Shown piece after piece: positions 9,748-20,356 of a stretch of DNA of 58,520 nucleotides. Position 1 is the first letter of the stretch. Each line of letters opens with the position of its first letter. The DNA is from Clostridiales bacterium UBA7001. GTDB taxonomy: Bacteria; Bacillota; Clostridia; TANB77; CAG-508. The notes below the pieces were generated by a model. The model was not told the origin of the DNA, did not search any database, and saw only the letters and a program-made list of their open reading frames with translations. Where the stretch lies: the NCBI GenBank assembly GCA_002449785.1, contig DJXP01000031.1, positions 3,048-61,567 on the forward strand, in the 5' to 3' direction. Both the position numbers and the translations under genes were made by a program.

Positions 9748-10771
9748 ATGAATTATCCAGAAAAATTAAAAATTGGAGATACAATAGGAATTTGTGCTCC
9801 TTCATGTGGCATAGTAAATTCAGCCAAACAAATAAAATTAGATAATGCTATAATTCAGCTTAAAGAATTAGGCTATAAAATAATTGAAACAGAAAGTGTT
9901 AGAAAAGAATATAAAGGAAGAAGTACAACTGCCCAAAAAAGGGCAGAGGAATTCATGGAACTTTATAATAATCCTGATATTAAACTTATAATTTTTGCAA
10001 CTGGTGGTGATTTTTTGTGTGAAATGCTAGATTATCTTAATTTTGAAGAGCTAAAGAAATTACCTACTAAATGGTTACAAGGATATTCAGACATTTCTAG
10101 TTTAACATTTTTGTTTAATACTATTTTAGATATTCCAACTATGTATTCTCAAACTATCAAAGATTATGCTATGAGACCACTATATAGAAATTTAACTGAT
10201 ACGTTAAAACTTGAAAGTGGTGAAAATATAATCCAAAAATCATTTAATCTATTTGAAAAAGATGAATTTCCTAAGGAAATAGAAAATCCAAATTATTTAT
10301 ATAATTTAACTGATAAAGTCGTTTGGAAAAATATTATTGGTGGTAATAATGTAAAAATAGAAGGTAGAAGTATTGGTGGTTGTTTAGATTGCATTATGAA
10401 TTTTTTTGGGACAAAGTATGATCATATAAAAGAATATATAGAAAAATATAGAGATGATGGAATAATCTGGTTTTTTGATGTTTATGAAAAATCATCATCA
10501 GATATTTATAAATTATTATGGCAAATGAAAAGAGCTGATTATTTTAAATATTGCAATGGTATTATTTTTGGTAGACCATTATTTGTAAGAGAAGATTATC
10601 GGAATTACTTTTAATGAAGCAGTTTATGATGCACTAAACGATTTAAATGTGCCGATTATAAGTGATGCTGATATTGGACATGTGGCACCACAACTTGCAA
10701 TTGTAAGTGGATCTTATTTAAAAATAATGTCTGAAAATGGAAAAGGAATGGTAGAAACACTATGGAAGTAA
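9748..10771 (+). CDS. S66 family LD-carboxypeptidase / MccF-like peptidase; needs a +1 frameshift at CGG 10600-10602 (about 340 aa joined)
   Basis: 0-frame has APS, ATGG and GYSD (catalytic Ser). After TAT-C|GGA the +1 frame reads GITFNEAVYDALNDLNVPIISDADIGHVAPQLAIVSG...LWK*, which contains the catalytic-His motif DIGH. Confidence 0.85.
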
Positions 10772-11967
10772 AAGAAAAATTAGAAGAATGTATTATTCCA
10801 AAAGAAAATTTAAATAACAATATAGACGCTAAGCATGAAAGAGATTATATAGTAGATATTATTAGAATAATTGCATGTATAATCGTTATAGGAAACCATT
10901 GTTGTTTGCAAGCTTTTAATGAATACTATTCTGTGGTAGACTGGAGTAGACTTTTTGAAAAATGTTTTTTAACAGATGGGGTTCCTTTATTTTTTATGAT
11001 TACTGGATTTTTTATTGTAAATGGTAGAAATTATAAAAAAATATGGAAGAGTACATTAGTAAAAGTTTTATTACCTACATTAATATATGTTATTTTTGTA
11101 CAAGTATTCTATATGTTTATAGTAAATAAAGAATCATTTTTGTGGTGTATTAAAAATTGTATCTACAATTTAAATTTCCAAGGAATTGTTAGAACAGTTT
11201 TAACAGGAGATTTAATACATATTAATAGCTTATGTGAGCATTTATGGTATATTTTTTCATATGTTAAAATAATAATATATGTTCCAATTATATGGCTACT
11301 TTGTAAAGAAGAAAATACATCAAAACTTGCTAGAAGAATTACTATAGCATTTGGTATTGTTTCAAGTTTAATTATAGATATTCAAAGATTCTATACAATT
11401 CCTGGAATAGGAAAAATTAGAGTATTAGAATTATTTGACAGAGAAATAATATATGTTTTATTTGGATATGAAATATTTATTAATAAAGATAAAATTAGCA
11501 ATAATAAAAAAATTTTTTGCTTGTCAAGTATTGTTTTTATATTGATTAATGTTTTAAGATATAAATTAGAACAACATTATATGGTGATAAATAGTTTTTA
11601 TAATATTGTTGGTAGAGAAAATTTTATTGAATGGCAATACAGTATAATTAGTATGATTTCAGGTGTTTCTTTATTTAGCTTAATATATTCAGGATTTACG
11701 ATTAAATCTGAAAAGTTAAAAAAAATTATACTTTTTGTTAGTAATAAAACATTTGGAATTTACTTAATTCATTATATATTACTTGCTAAAGTAGATTTAT
11801 ATAAATTTGACAAGCTTGGAAGACTGCATGAAGAGTTAATTTATTTATTTTTAAGTATATTAATTACTTTTATAAGTTCACTTGTTATAGTTACAATAAT
11901 AAAGCAAATTTCAAAATTTATTAAAAAAATATATCTTTTTTTGTCAAGTTGTGATAGAATTAATTAA
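10762..11967 (+). CDS. Acyltransferase-3 family membrane O-acyltransferase
   Basis: RDYIVDIIRIIACIIVIGNH, VPLFFMITGFF, HLWY, TFGIYLIH; multiple TM helices. Confidence 0.88.
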   Translation: MEVKEKLEECIIPKENLNNNIDAKHERDYIVDIIRIIACIIVIGNHCCLQAFNEYYSVVDWSRLFEKCFLTDGVPLFFMITGFFIVNGRNYKKIWKSTLVKVLLPTLIYVIFVQVFYMFIVNKESFLWCIKNCIYNLNFQGIVRTVLTGDLIHINSLCEHLWYIFSYVKIIIYVPIIWLLCKEENTSKLARRITIAFGIVSSLIIDIQRFYTIPGIGKIRVLELFDREIIYVLFGYEIFINKDKISNNKKIFCLSSIVFILINVLRYKLEQHYMVINSFYNIVGRENFIEWQYSIISMISGVSLFSLIYSGFTIKSEKLKKIILFVSNKTFGIYLIHYILLAKVDLYKFDKLGRLHEELIYLFLSILITFISSLVIVTIIKQISKFIKKIYLFLSSCDRIN

Positions 11968-12019
11968 CAAAAACAAAAGAAGCTATATTTAAGAATTATA
12001 TAGCTTATGAGAAAGGAAA

Positions 12020-12319
12020 GTGATAAAGATGGAATTAAAAAAATGTGCACGTTGTGGTAAATTTTTTGCATCAAATGTTGATGTTTGTCATGAATGTGAA
12101 AAAAAGGATTTAGCAGATTTAAGCAAATTAAAAGGATATTTTGCTGAACGATATATTACTGGTGTTTCTAAACTAGAAATATCAGCTTCAACTGGAATTA
12201 GTAATAGAAATTTAACAAGATATTTAGGATATGAAGAATTCAATAATATCTATGTTGCGGATGATAATGGGAATTTTCCAGAAACAGATATATATAATGA
12301 TGCTACTATTAATTTATAG
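12020..12319 (+). CDS. Zn-ribbon/HTH protein, YvyF-like
   Basis: CARCGKFF..VCHEC followed by EISASTGIS (HTH-like). The start may be ATG 12029. Confidence 0.55.
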   Translation: MIKMELKKCARCGKFFASNVDVCHECEKKDLADLSKLKGYFAERYITGVSKLEISASTGISNRNLTRYLGYEEFNNIYVADDNGNFPETDIYNDATINL

Positions 12320-12350
12320 CATTTGTATTTAAGGAGGATGTAATTTTAAT

Positions 12351-13565
12351 ATGACAGATATAATACAAGAACTAGAAAATAGAGGATATATTGAACAATT
12401 GACACATGAAGATGAAATGAGAAAATTATTTCAAAAAGAAAGTGTTAGTTTTTATATAGGAATAGATCCTACTGCAAATAGTATGCATATTGGACATTTT
12501 GTTGCTTTAATGGTAGCAAGTAGACTTCAAAAAGCAGGCCATAGACCAATTATTCTTATGGGTGGAGGTACTGCTGCAATTGGAGATCCTTCAGGTAGAA
12601 CTGATATGAGACAAATGCTTACAAGAGAACAATTAGATTCTAATGTTGCTGAAATAAAAAAACAAGCTGAAAGATTTGTTTCATTTGAAGGTGATAATGC
12701 TGCTATAATTGTTAATAATAAAGATTGGTTATTAGATTTAAATTATATAGATTTTATGAGAGATATTGGTAGTAAATTTACAGTAGCTAAAATGATTAAT
12801 CAAGAGTGTTATAAAAATAGATTAGAAACAGGACTTACATTCTTTGAGATGGGATATTTATTATTACAAAGCTATGATTTTTTATATTTACACGATAAAT
12901 ATAATTGTAAAATGCAAATAGGTGGAAATGATCAATGGTCTAATATAATAGGTGGAGTTGAGCTTATTAGAAAAATTGGTGCAGAAGATTCTTATGGATT
13001 AACTTTTAAACTTCTTACAACAGCTGATGGCAGAAAAATGGGTAAAACTGCAAAAGGAGCATTATGGTTAAATCCTGATAAAACATCTCCTTATGAATTC
13101 TATCAATATTGGAGAAATATTGGTGATACAGAAGTAAGAAAAGTATTAAACTTACTTACATTCTTACCTGATGATGAAGTTGACAGATTATCTTCATTAA
13201 AAGATGAAAAAATAAATGAAGCTAAAAAAATTGCTGCATTTGAAATAACTAAATTAATACATGGTGAAGATGAAGCTATAAAAGCTAGAGATGCCGCAGA
13301 AGCTCTTTTTGGAAATGGGGGAGATATTAGTAATATGCCATTTACTAAGTTAGAGGATATTAATATTTCTATTTTAGATGCAATGGTTATGTCTGGTATT
13401 GCTAAATCTAAAAGTGAAGCTAAGACTTTAATTTCTCAGGGTGGAATATCTTTAAATGATGTTAAGATAGAAGATATTTTATATAAACTTTCAAATTCAG
13501 ATTTTAGCGAAGGTTATGCAATATTAAAAAAAGGAAAGAAAGTTTATCATAAATTAGAAAAATAA
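12351..13565 (+). CDS. tyrS: Tyrosine-tRNA ligase
   Basis: YIGIDPTANSMHIGH, IGDPSGR, QIGGNDQWSN, KMGKT, C-terminal S4 domain. Confidence 0.97.
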   Translation: MTDIIQELENRGYIEQLTHEDEMRKLFQKESVSFYIGIDPTANSMHIGHFVALMVASRLQKAGHRPIILMGGGTAAIGDPSGRTDMRQMLTREQLDSNVAEIKKQAERFVSFEGDNAAIIVNNKDWLLDLNYIDFMRDIGSKFTVAKMINQECYKNRLETGLTFFEMGYLLLQSYDFLYLHDKYNCKMQIGGNDQWSNIIGGVELIRKIGAEDSYGLTFKLLTTADGRKMGKTAKGALWLNPDKTSPYEFYQYWRNIGDTEVRKVLNLLTFLPDDEVDRLSSLKDEKINEAKKIAAFEITKLIHGEDEAIKARDAAEALFGNGGDISNMPFTKLEDINISILDAMVMSGIAKSKSEAKTLISQGGISLNDVKIEDILYKLSNSDFSEGYAILKKGKKVYHKLEK

Positions 13566-13584
13566 TTTATTAGGATTAATTTAG

Positions 13585-14289
13585 ATGAATAAAAAATTTT
13601 TATTTTTGTTATTTTTTATATTTTTAATAATTATTATTGGAATGATATTTGGTATTATTACTATATATAGATTTTCAATTCTTCAAGATATATCTAGAAA
13701 GATTAATGATAATATTAAAAAGGATAATTATCATATGACAACTACTGTTACATCTGATGATGGTACTACTAATACTACAGAAGCTTTTTATAGAAACAAT
13801 GTTGGAAAATTAGTTGCTAGTAATGGTATTTATACATGGGCTGATGGCGAATATGCATACATGGTTGATGAAGAAAAGAAAACAGTTTATTTATTAAATA
13901 TTAATAATGAAAATATTGGATTAGTTTCATATTCGATGTTTGCAAGTGTAGTTCCAGGTTATAATAATACCATTATAGAAAGATTATTTTTAGCCGGTAA
14001 TCTTAATAATAAAATAAAAAAATCAAAATTAAATGATAAAGATTGTTTCATGATAAAAATAATAGATGAGAAATATAATAAAACAGTTTGGATAGATATG
14101 GTAAATGCCATTCCTATAAAAGCTGAAATTGAATTTGATAATGGTAGTAAAATTAGTTATGACTATATTATAAAATTTAATGAGACAAGATTAAAAGACA
14201 TTGAATTACCCAGTATAGATGATTATACATTAATAGATGCTGAAAATGAAGAAATAATTAAAGATAGTTCATTTAATATTGAAAATTAA
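13585..14289 (+). CDS. Hypothetical membrane-anchored protein (possibly LolA-like beta fold)
   Basis: N-terminal TM helix followed by a beta-rich soluble domain with a VWID..PIK motif. Confidence 0.5.
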   Translation: MNKKFLFLLFFIFLIIIIGMIFGIITIYRFSILQDISRKINDNIKKDNYHMTTTVTSDDGTTNTTEAFYRNNVGKLVASNGIYTWADGEYAYMVDEEKKTVYLLNINNENIGLVSYSMFASVVPGYNNTIIERLFLAGNLNNKIKKSKLNDKDCFMIKIIDEKYNKTVWIDMVNAIPIKAEIEFDNGSKISYDYIIKFNETRLKDIELPSIDDYTLIDAENEEIIKDSSFNIEN

Positions 14290-14301
14290 ATATACAATTG
14301 T

Positions 14302-14340
14302 AAAAAATGTTGTTAAGAATTAACTTAACAACATTTTTTT
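14302..14340. terminator. Bidirectional intrinsic terminator
   Basis: AAAAAATGTTGTTAAG-AATTAA-CTTAACAACATTTTTTT. Confidence 0.85.
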
Positions 14341-14395
14341 ATACTCTAGGAAAGTCATCGTTTGAAAAACGATAGACTTGACGTAGAGGAGAATT
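14341..14395. repeat. Dispersed 55-bp structured repeat, copy 1
   Basis: 51/55 identical to 26750-26804; internal hairpin AAGTC-ATCGTTT-GAA-AAACGAT-A-GACTT. Confidence 0.9.
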
Positions 14396-14414
14396 ATGCG
14401 GAGTTTAGATTTTC

Positions 14415-16815
14415 TTAAAACTTTGTTTTTAGAAAATCTTTATTCCGTTTTTTAATTTCTTCTATAGGTTCATCTAAAATATCAAATCTAAAATTATTTG
14501 AATTTATTTGAGATTTATCTAAATTAATTGGTTTATAATTATATATAGTTGTAATTGTAGATTTGTTATCTGGGATAATTCTGTATCTACACTTCATTCT
14601 ATCTTGCAAATAATAATTATTAGAGTTCATACATTTTTTAGAACAGGAACTATAACATTTAGTTGATTTTCCAAGATAGCAATATTGATTAGTCATAACA
14701 GGTATTTTACCATATATTATAACATCCTGATTTGAAAAATCATTAAATTCAAATCCCTTTAATTCAGGTGATAATGTTAAATTAGTAATGCCTTGACTTT
14801 GTAAAAACTCAACTGCGTAGTTATTAAAGATGTTTAAGCTGTAATTACCCACTATTTCTAAACCATATTTTGAAATAATATCAATTTGTGAAATATGCGA
14901 AATTACAAAGCCTTTAATCTTAAACTTTTTTAAAGTAGATTCTATATTTAAATTATTTAAATAATTATCTTTCATAATTATTGGAAAATAAATGTATGTT
15001 TTATAATTTAATGTTATTTTTTGTATTGCATTTTTGTATTCTTGAAGTAAGAAATATTTTAGAGGAATATATATTCTATCAATATTGCCTAAATTTGAGT
15101 AATTATAATTAGTTTTAATTGAATTTAGCAAAATAGTTATAGATTTATTAGAATTTTCTCTATTTTTTATTATTGGTGCTTTAATACCTCTATATGATAA
15201 ATTATGTGTATATGTTTTTAATATTAAATTTTCTAAGCCGATTAAAGCAGTTCTTCTTATATCATTAAGAATACTATTTGGTACAAATAAATCATTATCT
15301 AAAATAACATCAAGATTATTAAATACAAATTCTGTATTTCCGGTTTTAAGCAATTGCTTTGAAACTTGTTCTTTAGTTATAGGTGTGTTTTGTGCTTGCA
15401 TAGGATAATTAGTACTAGTTGCCATATATTCTAAACCGTTATAAAAACCTTCATCAGACCAAATTTTAAGTGATATTGGTGCATTTTTTTTTATTATTAT
15501 TTCACCATTAATTTTAATTTTTACAATATTTGCATTACCTTTAAAACTTTCAAGTATTTCTTTTGATAGTTTATTTGATTCTATTATATATATATTATCA
15601 TTATTATTAATATTACCTTTCATCCTGCCTAGAGTAACAGTATCTCCATAAAAAGCTTCTTTTAAATTATTATTATGCATCATAAGTTCAGTTATATTAT
15701 AGATATTGTTATTTATCACTATCTTATCTAAAATAGATACATTATTTTTTAAGTTTGTTGTAATATAGCCTTTATTCTGATTTATATTTAAAACTTTTCC
15801 TAAATAAATTCCCATATTATTAGGTTTTTCTTTATAAATAAGATTTGGATTTCCATTTGGATTAAAATGACCTGTTTCAAATCCACCACGATTAAATACT
15901 TGTAATAATTCTTCGAAATCTGAAAGATTAGTATTTTTATTTTTTTTATGTAGTTCATCTTTAATTATTTCACGAATTTTATCATTATCAAAATTGATGT
16001 TTTGGTAAACAAGATCAATATATTTCCTATAAATTTTAGTAACAGTTCCTACATATATAGGAGATTTCATTCGACCTTCAATTTTTAGAGAATCTATTCC
16101 GCTTTTTATTAATTCAGGTAAGTAATATATTCCCATATTATCCCTTGGGCTCATTAAGTGACCTGATTCAATTGTTTTGCATGTCTCATTTTTTAGATTT
16201 TCTTCAATTAAATCATATTTTAATCTACAAGGTTGAGCACAATTTCCACGGTTTCCTGAACGATTACCAATCATACTTGATAGCAGACATTCACCGGAAT
16301 ATGAAATACATAGAGCACCATGAATAAAAACTTCTAGTTCAATATTTGTATTTTCTCTAATGTATTTTATTTCATCTATTGAAAGTTCTCTTGAAAGAAC
16401 TACACGTTTAAAACCAAGTTTTTCTAATTGTTTAACTCCTTCTAAATTATGTACAGTCATTTGAGTACTTGCATGTAATGCTATTTCTGGATATTCTTTT
16501 AGTAGGAAAGAGAATAGTCCAATATCTTGAATAATAATAGCATCAACTCCAAGATTATATGCTGTTATAGCAAGTTTTACAGCATCTTCAAATTCACAAT
16601 TTTTTATTAATGTATTAAGTGTTAAATGAATTTTAATATTTCTAAGTTTTGCATAAGTTATTGCTTTTTTTAATTCTTCTATATTAAAATTGGTTGCTTT
16701 TGAACGAGCACTAAAAGAAGAGGCGCCTAAATAAACACTATTAGCACCATTTTGAATAGCTGATTTTAAACATTCAAAATCTCCGAGCAGGAGATAGTAA
16801 TTCTATTTTATTCAT
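14415..16815 (-). CDS. U32 family protein, long form (RlhA-like RNA hydroxylase); needs a +1 frameshift at CGG 16785-16783 (about 799 aa joined)
   Basis: RBS GGAGG and ATG at 16815 give MNKIELLSPA. After C|GGA the frame continues GDFECLKSAIQNGANSVYLG...HASTQMTVHN with no stop into the tracked ORF. Motifs: VLSRELS, HGALCISYSGEC, NRGNCAQPCR, SLKIEGRMK. Confidence 0.88.
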
Positions 16816-16954
16816 ATTTCCTCCAAAATAAAGAATGAATAAGTTTAGTCTTGTTTTTTATTTTAGCAGAAAAATAAGCTTAAATCAACTATTTACTTTT
16901 TTGAGGATTATATGTAAAATATAATAGAGATTTTAAATAGAGGAGCTGAAAGTT

Positions 16955-18706
16955 TTGAAAAGAATAGGTAGAAGAGAAGAAAAAAGAGGTAATAAGCTTA
17001 ACATTATAAAAATTGTTATTGTTTTTATATTATTAATTATAATAATATATTCGATTTATACATCATTATTTAGAAGAAAAGATTCAGAAATAAATGTAAA
17101 TAATCAATTATCTGAAGCAGAAGTTACTCAGAATAATGATGTTCAAGATAATAAAAAAACGATTGAAGATATTATTTCAGATTTTGGTGGTGAGATTGAA
17201 GAAAAAGTAAAAACAGATACATATTATATTACTAAAGACGGAAAAAGTTATACTGCTTATGCTGATGGAGATATTGTTGAAGGAAAAATTAGTATTTGGG
17301 ATGGTACATCTTCTGAACCAGCTATAGATGAAGCAGGAAACTATAATATATATAAACCACAGGAATTAAAATGGATTGCTGATAAAATTATATCAGGAGA
17401 AAAAAATTTTGGTGGTGTAACTATAACTTTAAGAGATAATTTGGATTTTGGTGCAAGACAAAATGAATGGGATGAATGGGAAGGAAATGTTTGGGTTTCT
17501 ATGATTGGATTTTTAGATGAACTAAATGAGAATAATAATGTTACTCAAGATGTTCAAGTAGAAAATGCTAATACAACTTCTAATGAAATTACAGAACAAG
17601 TAGTTGAAAATCAAGATCAAAATATTGAAGTAACTGAAGAAAATTTAAAAAGATTTGCAGGAATATTTAATGGAAATAGTTTTTGGATAAAAGGAGTATA
17701 TGTTAATTCAGATAAAAGATATCAAGGATTATTCGGATATCAAACTGGTACTATTCAAAACTTAACAATTAAAAATAGTAAAATTATTGGAGGAGAAGGA
17801 ACTGGTGGAATAGTTGGACTTAATGGTGGAACTATTGTAAATTGCCATACAGAAAATGTTGAAGTCTACTGCAGTAATAAAAATAAAATTGGTGGAATTT
17901 CTGGAATTAATATGACAAGTTCTTGGATTGAAAATTGTTCTACTGAAGGAAGCGCAATTTATGGAGCTAATTATGTTGGTGGAATTACAGGTTATATGAA
18001 TAATAATTCTGCAATTATAAGTTCTTCAAATTCTTCAAGTGTAGGTGGAACTGATTTTATTGGTGGTATTGCAGGAATTACTTTTTATGGTACACAAATT
18101 AAAAACTGTTCAAATTTAGGAATTAATGTATCAGGAACCGATTATGTAGGAGGACTTGTGGGATATTCACAATCAGATATTGAAAATTCTTATAGTCATA
18201 ATAAAGAAAATAGTGAAGGCATTATTGCCGGCACAAATTATGTAGGAGGACTTGTGGGTCTTAATTACTTAATGGGAAATATAACAAATTCATTTAATTA
18301 TGGTGAAATAATTGCAAATAATAGAACAGAGCATACAAATTTTGGTGGGATTGTTGGATTAAATAATGCAACTATTTCAAATTGTTACAATACAGGCAAA
18401 ATAACTGTAGAAGGTGATAGTAATATGAAAATAGGTGGTATTTGTGGTCAAAATTTATCAGATAGCTTCATTTATAATTCTTATAATATAGGAAAAATTG
18501 AAAGCAAAAATGCTAGTGGAGATGTTGATGCTAATTTTGGCGAAATTTCAAATTGCTTTTATCTAAATACCACTGTTTCAAGTAATAGTGATAATTCGAA
18601 AGATGAAACTCAAATGAAAAGTGAAATATTAGCTGAACTTGGAGATGAATTTAAAGAAGATACTGAAAATAAAAATAATGGCTATCCAATTTTAGGATGG
18701 CAATAA
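16955..18706 (+). CDS. Membrane-anchored GLUG-repeat (beta-helix) surface protein
   Basis: N-terminal TM helix; repeated GGIVG/VGGLVG/NCYNTG motifs; C-terminal NNGYPILGWQ. Confidence 0.75.
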   Translation: MKRIGRREEKRGNKLNIIKIVIVFILLIIIIYSIYTSLFRRKDSEINVNNQLSEAEVTQNNDVQDNKKTIEDIISDFGGEIEEKVKTDTYYITKDGKSYTAYADGDIVEGKISIWDGTSSEPAIDEAGNYNIYKPQELKWIADKIISGEKNFGGVTITLRDNLDFGARQNEWDEWEGNVWVSMIGFLDELNENNNVTQDVQVENANTTSNEITEQVVENQDQNIEVTEENLKRFAGIFNGNSFWIKGVYVNSDKRYQGLFGYQTGTIQNLTIKNSKIIGGEGTGGIVGLNGGTIVNCHTENVEVYCSNKNKIGGISGINMTSSWIENCSTEGSAIYGANYVGGITGYMNNNSAIISSSNSSSVGGTDFIGGIAGITFYGTQIKNCSNLGINVSGTDYVGGLVGYSQSDIENSYSHNKENSEGIIAGTNYVGGLVGLNYLMGNITNSFNYGEIIANNRTEHTNFGGIVGLNNATISNCYNTGKITVEGDSNMKIGGICGQNLSDSFIYNSYNIGKIESKNASGDVDANFGEISNCFYLNTTVSSNSDNSKDETQMKSEILAELGDEFKEDTENKNNGYPILGWQ

Positions 18707-18751
18707 AAATTTAATTTCTGCAGATATTTTATGATTATATGAGGTATAAGA

Positions 18752-20083
18752 ATGAGTTTTAGAGATATATTAAATAAGCTAGATCCTAGAAATATCATAT
18801 ATTATTTTCAAAATAAAAAAGATATGAAACAAATAATGCTTTTATGTGAAAAAAATCCCAGTGGGATTTCTGAATTTATTGGTGGATTTGGATATGGACT
18901 TCATTCTATTGAAGGAATAATAGAAGGAATTGAGCAAATACGAAAAGCAGGAAAAGATGTAGATATTAACGAAATGATATCTACTCTTTTAAAAAGTTCA
19001 AACGATAGTACAATCCAGTATAATCATTCAGCAGAGAAACTTACAAATTATGCTTTAAATAATGGATTAGATGTTGATGCAAGTTTATTAAAAGCAAATC
19101 CTAATTTAATGAAAGACTGTAATATTGCTAAATATATATATTCAAAGGGAGAATTAGAACCATATGAATTTTGTCAAATGCATAGGCCTGATTTTAGTAA
19201 TATAGACGAAATTGTAAAAAAAGACATAAGATGTATTGAATTTGATTTAACTAATAATCCTAATACATATGAATATGTAATTGACGAACTTTCAAAGATA
19301 ATTGAGCAAGATATGCAAAGAAGATATGAAAAAGGTAAACTCGATGAATTTTCAAAACAAAGATATTCTGAATTATTAGGAAATTTAAAAAAATCAAGAG
19401 AAATTATTAACTATAAAAGAGAAAAAAAAGAAGGAAAATATTATTTTCCTGAAGCTGAAATGTTTCAAAATATACGTGAAATTACCAAGAAATATACTAC
19501 AATGAAAAATCCTGAACTATTACCTAGTGAAGAATTACGCGCTTTAAATAAGCCATTTGAAGCATTTTATGCCAGAGACGGATTTTTTGATAAAGATTTT
19601 GGTGAAAAAATTGAGAGAATCTATTATGATGACTCAACTGTACTAGGTGTACATAACACTGATGGATTAAATTATACATATACAGATGAAAATATAAAAA
19701 GTTTTTTTAATAAAGGACTTTGCAATTTAGCAAACAATACAACAATAACTGGTAATGTAAATTTACAGGAGAATTTTTTGGGGCAAAAACAGACTTTAGC
19801 AGAATTATTATATTGGAAATGGGATATGGAAGGAAGATACAATATAATTTTTCAATTTCCAAAAAATTTAGTTTTGGCTGAAAATGATAATCGAACAAGC
19901 CCACTTATTGAAAGTGTTTTGGATTCTGATGGAAATGTTCGAAGTACTTATATTCCACCTAAATATATTGTTGGTGCATATGATAGGGAAAATCCTCATG
20001 CTACTATAATTAAAAATGATATTTTTTATAATAGCGATAAAATTACTGATGATAGAGTAATAACAAGCCTGAATGAAGAATAG
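18752..20083 (+). CDS. Hypothetical protein with a possible C-terminal ART-fold domain
   Basis: 443-aa ORF with RBS GAGG; GVHNT...FFNKGL...YIPPKYIVG motifs. Confidence 0.6.
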   Translation: MSFRDILNKLDPRNIIYYFQNKKDMKQIMLLCEKNPSGISEFIGGFGYGLHSIEGIIEGIEQIRKAGKDVDINEMISTLLKSSNDSTIQYNHSAEKLTNYALNNGLDVDASLLKANPNLMKDCNIAKYIYSKGELEPYEFCQMHRPDFSNIDEIVKKDIRCIEFDLTNNPNTYEYVIDELSKIIEQDMQRRYEKGKLDEFSKQRYSELLGNLKKSREIINYKREKKEGKYYFPEAEMFQNIREITKKYTTMKNPELLPSEELRALNKPFEAFYARDGFFDKDFGEKIERIYYDDSTVLGVHNTDGLNYTYTDENIKSFFNKGLCNLANNTTITGNVNLQENFLGQKQTLAELLYWKWDMEGRYNIIFQFPKNLVLAENDNRTSPLIESVLDSDGNVRSTYIPPKYIVGAYDRENPHATIIKNDIFYNSDKITDDRVITSLNEE

Positions 20084-20253
20084 CAATAATTATAACATTT
20101 CTTTATAATGATAATCAAATGTCAGAATATCCACAACAAAAGTAACAAGTAATTGAGGGTAAAAAAAGTAATTTTTTTATTTAAAATTAAAATCCACATG
20201 CTTTAAAAGTAGACTTTAAAAATAAAATAAATGGTCAAAACCTAAAAAAAAAC

Positions 20254-20282
20254 TTGATTTTTTCATAAATACATAGTATAAT
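20254..20282 (+). promoter_or_regulatory. Sigma-A-like promoter of the rimP operon
   Basis: TTGATT, 17 bp, TATAAT. Confidence 0.6.
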
Positions 20283-20306
20283 AATTATGTCATAATTTTA
20301 AACTAG

Positions 20307-20331
20307 AAGAGTGGGAACTGGTCCCACTCTT
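20307..20331 (+). promoter_or_regulatory. rimP leader hairpin
   Basis: AAGAGTGGGA-ACTGG-TCCCACTCTT directly upstream of the rimP RBS; matches the GAGTGGG...CCCACTC stem commonly found upstream of rimP. Confidence 0.75.
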
Positions 20332-20356
20332 TACTACTGTATAAGGAGGTGACCTT

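Noticed and set aside
14378..14406. TTGACG in the repeat as a -35 box
   Set aside because: No -10 hexamer at 16-18 bp in either copy.
14415..16460. ORF-track start of the U32 gene at 16460
   Set aside because: It is an internal Met (STQ-M-TVHN); conserved sequence and the RBS extend to 16815.
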